A stretch of 64,000 bases of DNA from the human T2T-CHM13v2.0 reference genome, Homo sapiens, in assembly GCF_009914755.1 (NCBI RefSeq), contig NC_060935.1. One strand, written 5' to 3'. The notes under the pieces are model-generated. The model had not been told where the DNA came from and searched no databases. It saw nothing but the letters and a program-made list of their open reading frames with translations. Positions 54,961 to 64,000 of the stretch are shown here, one piece after another. A program made the position numbers and the translations under genes. The number at the start of each line of letters is the position of its first letter. The first letter of the stretch is position 1.

Positions 54961-57900
54961 ATATAATGGGATTTTGTGTATTATCAATATTTGCAAAATA
55001 TTTTAGTCAACAAAAAATGATTTTATGTCTTCAGAATTTTTTTGTATATATCTTAATAATCTTTCTTTACAGCATTATTTATGATTTGTTTGGAGAGTTA
55101 ATTTTATGACTTAGAATTTTATAGTTACAATAAAAGTTATTTTACTGGTTAACCCCTTGGGATAAAAATAGTGTATTTCACAAAGCTTACTTGACTTAAT
55201 TATAGATAACTATAAATGCCTAGTTTTTCATCATATACAAAAATATATAGTACTGTGTTATAGGTGAAAATAGTGAAGGTTAAAGTGAGAAGGAAGTTTT
55301 AAAAACTTGATCATATTTAGTTTGATAATAATGCTGTTAATTTTTATTAAAAAACAATATATTTGTTTCTTTAATAATTACCTTTTAATTTTACCAGCCA
55401 CTATTGTAATATAACATTTTTTTTTAAAAAAGAGGATGCTGTGATTAAGTAAGTTTAATATATGTTCATAATGTATCTGTTAATAGCAAGAGGATTCTTT
55501 GGTAGCTTAGGGTAGTGGAACCTGTGAAGATATGCACGAATGAGTTAATCTCTATTTTTATACTAAATCACTGTCAAACACATACCTTCATTTCCTTAAT
55601 CACATAATATAAAATAACTACAGTGTTAATATACTTATAAAGAAACTTCTTAAAAATATAAAAGCAATGTTTTTCTTCATGAGCTTGATTAAACTGGAAT
55701 AACCTTAAACAAATCTTTCCTGGAAACTTCTTAGAAGTAAATAATAGAAAGCTTCAAATTTCTGTGAGATATGATAGCTATTTAAAATTAAAAATTAGTA
55801 AATATAAAATTAACTAAATTTATCCAGTAATCCAGAAGTTGTTCTGAACAAAAGTAGGTGAGTTTGATAATTATCCCAGTGCTATGGCCTTCTCTGACCA
55901 AATAAATAAATCACAGCTGAGCTTTGAGTATCTTTGTTGTTAAGTTGCTAGAGATTTTTAGAATGTTTGAAAATTCATCACTTATGAAGTGCTTAAATTC
56001 AATAGTAAGATTGTACATTGGTATACCATATAACTTTTAAAATGGATGAGGTAGATCTCGTAGGGGAGGTATGTGATATTAATAATGTATAACTCAGGGT
56101 CATTAAGAAGGACTGAAAAGGGGAAAGCGTATTGGACAGTACCTGGTACATAAGAACACAATAAATGTTTGTGCTTTTTTTTTTTTTTTTAACACGGACC
56201 GATGTCCATCTTATATTAAAATAATAGAAACATAGTCACCACATACTTGCAACACTAGACATATAGTATAATTTTATTTTGTTATCTTTATAGGGAAAAA
56301 TATATGTATGCATAAATGAATATGTTTATGTTTGCTCCTGTATAGAACAAGGTATGAAAAAGAAGCACTTCTAAGTTTATATTGGGCAGGCTGGATGGAG
56401 GAGATGAAAATTACAATGAACTTTTCATTGTTATTTATTATTTGAAATGTTGCAAATGGTAACAACAAAAAGTATTCTGTAATTTCAAAAGAAAATACAT
56501 TTTATTTTTAAGAAAATAAAAATTTTCTAATAAATTTCCTAAAAAATAAATTTTTAAAATGTATCTTCTGATATGAAAAGGTCTTTGGAGATTATAGTGC
56601 TTGAGAATATATTATTTAAATACGCAAGCATTGTTCTTTTGGACATGTTTCACCACTAGCCATGTACTCTTAGAGGTTTCCCTCACCCCTGGCTCATGGC
56701 CAGTAGATCAGGTTGAAATTCTATTCATTGCCTTTCTTTCCACTAGTTTTTGTGGCATTTAAAAATATAGTGAATATCACATTACAAAATTTTATCCAAT
56801 TAGCTTTTTAAATGGAAAGACATTTTGGGACATATCATAGTTGAACCAGCCTATTGCTGACATTTGCTTCACCAAACTATACATGAATCACATATATTAT
56901 TTGAAAAAAATTCAAACATATCAAACAGATATTTTAATACTCTGACAAAGTCTTAAACCAAGGCATATATAGTATTACATTTGTTGTAATTATTAACAAT
57001 GAAAATTATGAAATAGCTTTGACTTTTTATTTGGATTTTTAAGAATGTAAAATGTCAAGTCAGATATTATTCATTTACTGAAATTTTATTGCTCTGAATG
57101 AAGAGTTGATGTAATTAATGATAATGAACAAATGTTTTAAAAATTGACTCATGTCCAAATGTTTACTTACTAGCTTATAATATTTTAATATTTTTAACAG
57201 TAAGTAATTGTTGAATCTAAGTACTGAAGAAACAGGAAGGTATGTACTATCATTCAAAAATTGATATATATCGTATCAGTTTCAAAGCTAATGTTAGAAC
57301 TCACCTGAAGTAATCATCTGCCTAGTTTTAGAGTTTTGCTGCCCTGCGTACACTCATTTAGCTAAACCATACCTTTTGGAACGTCTTTGGTAGCATAGTT
57401 TTTATTATTATTTCCCCAAAGCCAATGTAAATGGTATAAGTATAGGTGCCAGTTCTTCTGTTCTCTTCTTATACTGGAAAGTGTCATTACGAACTCCTTT
57501 ATGTGTAACATAATAATGTTTATTTCCTAAAGGAAACTGTGATTATTCATTTAAATAGTGGCATAAAAATATCTAAGCCTATTTTTAGTAATCTATTCAT
57601 CCTAGGTAACTTTTAATGTTTACATTTGTAAAATATCGTTTACCATAATGTGTTCAATGTGTGATGTAGGTGTGTAGCTTATTTTGTTGTTTCATTTTCT
57701 AGAACACATTTGAACTTGGAATAAAGCAAAAACATATAATATTATAAACTGACTTAAATACTTTGCCAATAAATATGTTGTTGAATTTTCATTTCCTTCA
57801 GAAGCCCACAGGAAATATTAAATAGTGTTAATTCACAATTCCATGATTCATTTCTTTCTTTAACATACTGTTTTGAAATTTGAGCATATAAAAATTGCTA

Positions 57901-60900
57901 CAAAGTCACTACTAATTTGAACTACAAAATGAGATTTTTGTGTGTTGAATGTAATGACATTCTGTCTTGTGTATCTTCATTTTTTATTTCCCAAAGAATG
58001 GAACAAAGCCTACAGAATGTTATAATAGATAAATATAGGATTATGTCTAAAGTCAATATCAAATATTATTTTTGAAGAAAGATACCATGAAATACTGCCA
58101 AGGATTTTAGCTAAAGCACTAATTGGAATAATGTAGTTTTTTTTTATAAACTTCTTGTAGCATTTTTTCAAATACCTACTTTGACAAATGTGAACAAATC
58201 TGAATTTATCAGAATCTCAATTAACCATGGAGCAAGTGGTAGTAAATAACACAGGCCAGTTTAAAAACCCTCTTGACTATGCGAGTACTTTATCAATTGA
58301 AATTTACAACTGGTGAATAGTTACAAGAGTAAGCTTTCATGAGTGAATCATGTCCATTTGATGATTCCCTGTGGTGATTAGTTAGCCAATACAGTCAATC
58401 TCACATTTTGTAAAATTTCACTAGGAGCCATACAAGAGTATTTTATAATTTGTTCAGATAACATTGTAATAGAAATTTCAACAAAATGAAGGAAGTAAGT
58501 TGATCACAATCAGCTGTGTTTTCATTGTGATAGTACTTAGTTATGAAGCCATTACTACAAAATTCATTGAAACAGACTTCATATATATTTGCAATGCTAT
58601 TGATTTATAATTTGTTTTTTTCAGGGCTCCTGCTAGAGTTCCATAGAGTGCTCTGTATTTTGAGTTAATGCTGTTGATCTGCTTTTAAGTGGTGATTATA
58701 CTTTATTGACTACTTTAATTTTTTCTTGATCAATAGTTGTTCAAAAGTTGATTTAGTGCTGTTTATTAGTAATGGTTTTAAGATTACTCCTCATAAAGAG
58801 AAATCTTTGGCTTCTAATTTCTCTTAATAGTTCTTCTCTTGCTTGTGACTATAACCTAGAGAGGGGAAATGTATGGTGTCTTTTTGCATTTAGAATATAG
58901 ATAAAATTCCTTACAATAACAAAGAGAATTTATATTTTTATAAATAATGAATAGAGGTCAATTATTATTCTCAGAAGTTGTAGGCAGAATCATTTCAAAC
59001 ATTTGTTAAGTTTTTGTCTACTCTTTGGATGTAAATTCCAATTTACTTGTCATGGTGTTAAGTTAAATGAGTTATTTCAAGACTACGTAACTCTATTAAG
59101 AGTGCAAAGAAGATCGTTCTTAATTTATGTTCAGACATGTTTTTATCTTATTTTAGAATTATTTTAGAATTACAAATTATTTGAATGTGAAGAGATTGTC
59201 GTTTTGAAACTCCTGGCCTTATCATTGAGAAAATTAAGGTATAAATTTTACCTTCAGGCAAGATAAAGTGACTTGCTTGAAGTCATGTGGCCATATTATT
59301 AAATAAAAAGCTTAGTATGATGCTTATATATGAAGTGTTTAATAATTTTCTACTGAATTAGGAATGTATCGAAACATAGGTAAATTATAATGATAGATGA
59401 GGGAGACAATGTTTACTTAGATAGAATTGTAAATTAATACAAATTAAAATGTTAGCAAAATTAACTGATCTTTTAAAAAACATTTGTAATCATGGAATAA
59501 GGCAATATTTTATGTACTTAGCTCGTTTGCTTTAGTTATAACTTGTTCAACCAAAGTAACATGTGTAAACTGGCACTAATGAGCCTTATCCTAGGTTTCA
59601 CTTACATTATACTGTATAATGGAGTTATAACACTGAGCCTACTAATAAGTTTGCTTGACAGCAGGGAGATACTGTGTATCTCCTAGAAGGCAAATGATAC
59701 TTCTTTCATATGATTATTATAAGGTTTGTATTTTAAACTTATCCCTTTTTTATAAATTGTTTTTTAGAATGGAACTGGCATGAATGATTTTGCAATTTCC
59801 TGTAGAATTTCAATATTGATTACAATACTTTTATTTAAAATTTTTATTTAAAACCAAATATTAACTATATATAAATTGAAGTTTGTGAAAGTTTTTTTTT
59901 CTTATAATATCTTTATCTGATTTGAGTATCAAGGTAATTTAAATTACCCTTTCTTTCTCCTTGTTTTTACAGCTTTTTGTACTTTGGATGTTCCTGAGAA
60001 TTTAATAGTCAACTAAAATAGGAAGATTTAAAAAAATCCCAAAATAGAAGTTGAAGGGATTAAAATAGAAGATCTGAGTTTTATTTATGCTTTATATAAA
60101 TGTAAAGAAATCTACCTTTTAAGGGTTGCATCTTCCAAAAGGTTTTTTTTCAGTACAACATGTAGTCAATAATAGTATCTTTTCAATTTAAAAAATCTTT
60201 ATATAAAACTGTACATGGATATAAATCTGTTGTATATTTTCAGGTTCTATGGTTAGTAATCTAGTGTCTAATTATGAACTCCAAGTATTATAAGCAAGTG
60301 GTGATATATTATGGATGAGTTCTTTTGGCACGGAAATATTTTAAGAAGTAACCAAAACTTCAAGTCTGAAATTAGATAAACTCCTGAAAGGCAAAGTTGA
60401 TTTATTTTTAAGCCTATTGTGAAAACTAGTAGTCAGAAAAGAGCTTAGCATTGTGTTCTGACTGTAAAATACCTAAAACAATTAACATAAAGTGCTAGTT
60501 GTTTCTGCCTAATTTTCCTCCCTTAGCAAAGGTAATAAGAATTTTCTTAAACTGAGGTTAATATTTTAATAATTATTATTTTTCATCAGCCTGTTCCTGA
60601 CCTCTGTTTGGTATACTCAGTGTTTATATATTTAAAGCCTTTTTAAAATAATGATTAACCAGATAATCTCAAGTTATTTGAGTTACTATGTTTTACATCA
60701 AACATAGGCAACTAAAGTTTCTTTTGTGTCTATCTGTGTGTCTTCTCCTGATGAGGTTTTCATTCTGAGATCATGTCTTTGGTATCTTGTGATATCTCGT
60801 CTTAAGATTATGTCATATAATACTTGATAGTTTGCATTATGAATGCAGAATTAATATTGTCTGACAATAAATGATAACACATTCTGCAATATACAACTTG

Positions 60901-60959
60901 ATGTATCAAAAAGTTTTCCAGGCTTTAAGTGAATATCTACTTATTTTGGAATCATATTT

Positions 60960-61650
60960 ATTGCAACAATTCCAAAATAATAGTTGATTTTGAATGTTGA
61001 ACCAGCCTTGCATTCCTGGGATTAGCCCCACTTGACCACAATGTAGTTATTCCTTTTATATATTAATGCATTTGATTTGCCTTTTTTTTTTTTGCACATT
61101 TTTACATCTATGTTCTGTGAAGGTTATTGATCTGTAATTTTCTTATAATGTGTTTGATTTGTGTATCAGAGTAATGTTGATCCCATACAATGAATTGGGA
61201 AATATTCACTCCTCTACTATTTCTTGGAAGATATTTTTGTAATAGTGGTTATACTTCTTCATTAAGTCTTAGAATTTATAGAATTCACTGTTGAAGCTAT
61301 CTGGAACTGGACTTTCCTTTATTAGGTGGTTTTTAACCATCAACTCAATTTTAAAAATAGATGTAGAGCTTTTTAGGGTATCTCAATAGTAGAGACCACT
61401 AATGTTATTAAATACCCTATAATCCACAGGACAGCCTTTGATAACGAAGAATTATCTGGCCCCAAATGTCAGTAGTGCCAAGATTGAGAAATCCCAGATT
61501 AGCTGTTTCTTCTCTGAGTAAATTTTGATAGTTTGTGTTTTACAAGGAATTTGTTCACTTCAGCTAAGTTGTTGACTTTATGTGTGTAGACTTTTTCATA
61601 ATATTGCATTATTCTTTTATTATCTGTACAATCTTAGTACTTTATCTTTT
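60960..61650 (-). mobile_element. Old L1M ORF2 fragment containing a MER20 piece (~61388-61495)
   Basis: gttgaaccagccttgcattcctgggattagccccacttg...; MER20 end cacaggacagcc...gaattatctggccccaaatgtcagtagtgccaagattgagaaa. Confidence 0.7.
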
Positions 61651-61855
61651 TCTTATGTCTGCTTATAATTAAAATCTTAGGCTTTCAGCATTAGTATAAG
61701 AAGACTAAACTTTTAGACTAATTACTAAATTCCACTGGATTTTAAGCCATTCTATCTCAGGAGAATACAACACTATACTTCTCATTGAATTTAGAAGTTT
61801 TCCTTCCATGACTCCAAATTCTTTAAAGGATATATTTATATAGATGTTTACCCTC

Positions 61856-62253
61856 TGTATTAGTCAGTTCTCACACTGCTATAAAGAAATATCTGAGATT
61901 GGGTAATTTATAAAGAAAAGAAGTTCTTTTGGCTCACAGTTCTGGAGGCTATACAGGAAGCATGGCTGGGGAGAACTCAGGAAACTTACAGTCATAGCAG
62001 TAGGCTAAGGGCAAGCAGGCACATCTTACATTGCCAGGGCAGGAGGAAGAGAGAGAAGGTGGAGGTGCCAGACAGTTTTAAACAATCGGATCTTGTAAGA
62101 ACTCTTATCATGAGAACATCACTAGGGGGATGGTACTAAACCATTAGAAACCACTCCCATAATCCAATTGCCTCCCTCCAGGCCCCACTTCCAACACTGG
62201 GGATTACAATTCAACATGAGATTTGGGTGGGGACACAGATCCAAACCATATCA
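61856..62253 (-). mobile_element. MSTA MaLR solo LTR
   Basis: tgtattagtcagttctcacactgctataaagaa...ggggacacagatccaaaccatatca; TSD CCCTC/CCTTC. Confidence 0.92.
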
Positions 62254-62734
62254 CCTTCCACCCCCATTCCATAATTGTTTATATACTGTTAGAACTGTGA
62301 TCTCAACAAATTGACATCTCCAAAGGTTTATCTGTGTGTACCGAAAATCATATCATTAGCTATTTTCAGGATGACTCTGAGAAAAAAGAAATCCAATATA
62401 AAAAATTGCTATAACTATATCCCATGTTCAAGTTTTTATGTTTCATTTCATTCAAATTATATCACTCCCCTTGGCACAGGATCTCTAAAGAATATTGGCT
62501 GTAAATTAAAGTCCAGACTCTTTAGTTTGACATTTAAATCCTACACATTAACTATCCCTAATGTATTCTTTGTATTTTTCTATTATAAGATTGTTTCCTA
62601 CTTGAATCTTTTTTTCTTAGGGTTATCTATTTTGTTCAAGGTTGCCCACAATACCGGTTTGCAATCCCTTTATGTTTTATTTGATTCCTTCTCCCAGTCT
62701 CCAAAATAGCTCTGTCATTTAACTTACTACATAG

Positions 62735-63201
<467 letters not shown>

Positions 63202-63364
63202 TAACAGAACTATGACCAAGCATGATGACATATGTAGATGAGTTTAACTTCATAGAAGACAAATACATTTTTTAATAAGGAAAATATATCTTTGTTGAAA
63301 AAGAAAAAAATAAAAGATTATTTTATTTTTAAATTTTTTGACCACTGTCAGAAAGAAAGATTAA

Positions 63365-64000
63365 AAAAAATTATTTCACTAGCTTTAGGGGTACAAGTGG
63401 TTTTTATCCACGTGGATGAATTGTATAGTGGTGAAGTCTCAGAGTTTAGTGTACCTATCACTTGGTGATAGGTGTACCTTGTGCCCCAATAGGTTTTTTT
63501 TTTCAACCCTCACCCGCCTCCTAACCTCCGTCTTCTGAGTTTCCAGTGTTCGTTATACCCCTCTGTCTGCCTTTATGCACCCATAGCTTAGCTCCCTTTA
63601 TAAGGGAGAACATGGAGTATTTGGTTTTCCATTCCGGAGTTACTTTACTTAGAATAATGATCTCCAATTCCATCCAAGTTGCTGCAAAAGACATTTTTTT
63701 CTTCATTTTTTTTGGTTGAGTGGTATTCCATGGTATATATACCACATTTTCTTTATCCACTCTTTGGTTGATGAGCATTTAGGTTGATTCCCTATCTTTG
63801 CAATTGCGAATTGTACTGCAATAAACATATGCATGTAGGTATCCTTTTTGCGGGTATTGTTTTGATACAATGATTTCTTTTCTTTTAGGTAGATACCCAG
63901 TAGTAGGATTGCTGAATTGAATGGTAGATCTACTTTTACTTCTTTGAGAAATCTCCATGCTGTTTTCCATAAGGGTTATACTAATTTACATTTCCACCAG
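63365..64000 (-). mobile_element. L1PB-type 3' end, continuing beyond the window
   Basis: ggggtacaagtggttttt...ggatgaattgtatagtggtgaagtc; ORF2 tail fragments (MSFAATWMELEIIILS). Confidence 0.88.

Overview
This is AT-rich primate (very likely human) genomic DNA, not microbial. It has no intact protein-coding gene, RNA gene or CRISPR array. The recognisable ORFs in the supplied track are HERV-L pol, L1 ORF2 or Alu/LTR read-through, and the rest look like chance ORFs. The window is mainly a transposable-element fossil record. It holds a two-LTR MER83-type ERV1 provirus nested in an LTR8-like solo LTR inside an L2, an internally deleted HERV-L/MLT2A provirus, two MER41B solo LTRs, several MaLR LTRs, six Alus, about nine antisense L1 pieces and DNA-transposon MITEs. 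It also holds a processed ATP5MG (ATP5L) pseudogene, missed by the ORF track, with a perfect 11-bp TSD. Strong antisense L1 bias and candidate splice signals near 1-214 suggest a long intron of a plus-strand gene that I could not identify. I found no convincing undescribed biological system. The best leads are TE-derived regulatory motifs (STAT GAS sites, a p53 element, a splice donor) and candidate unannotated exons. Repeat subfamily names come from remembered consensus sequences and need RepeatMasker/Dfam confirmation.
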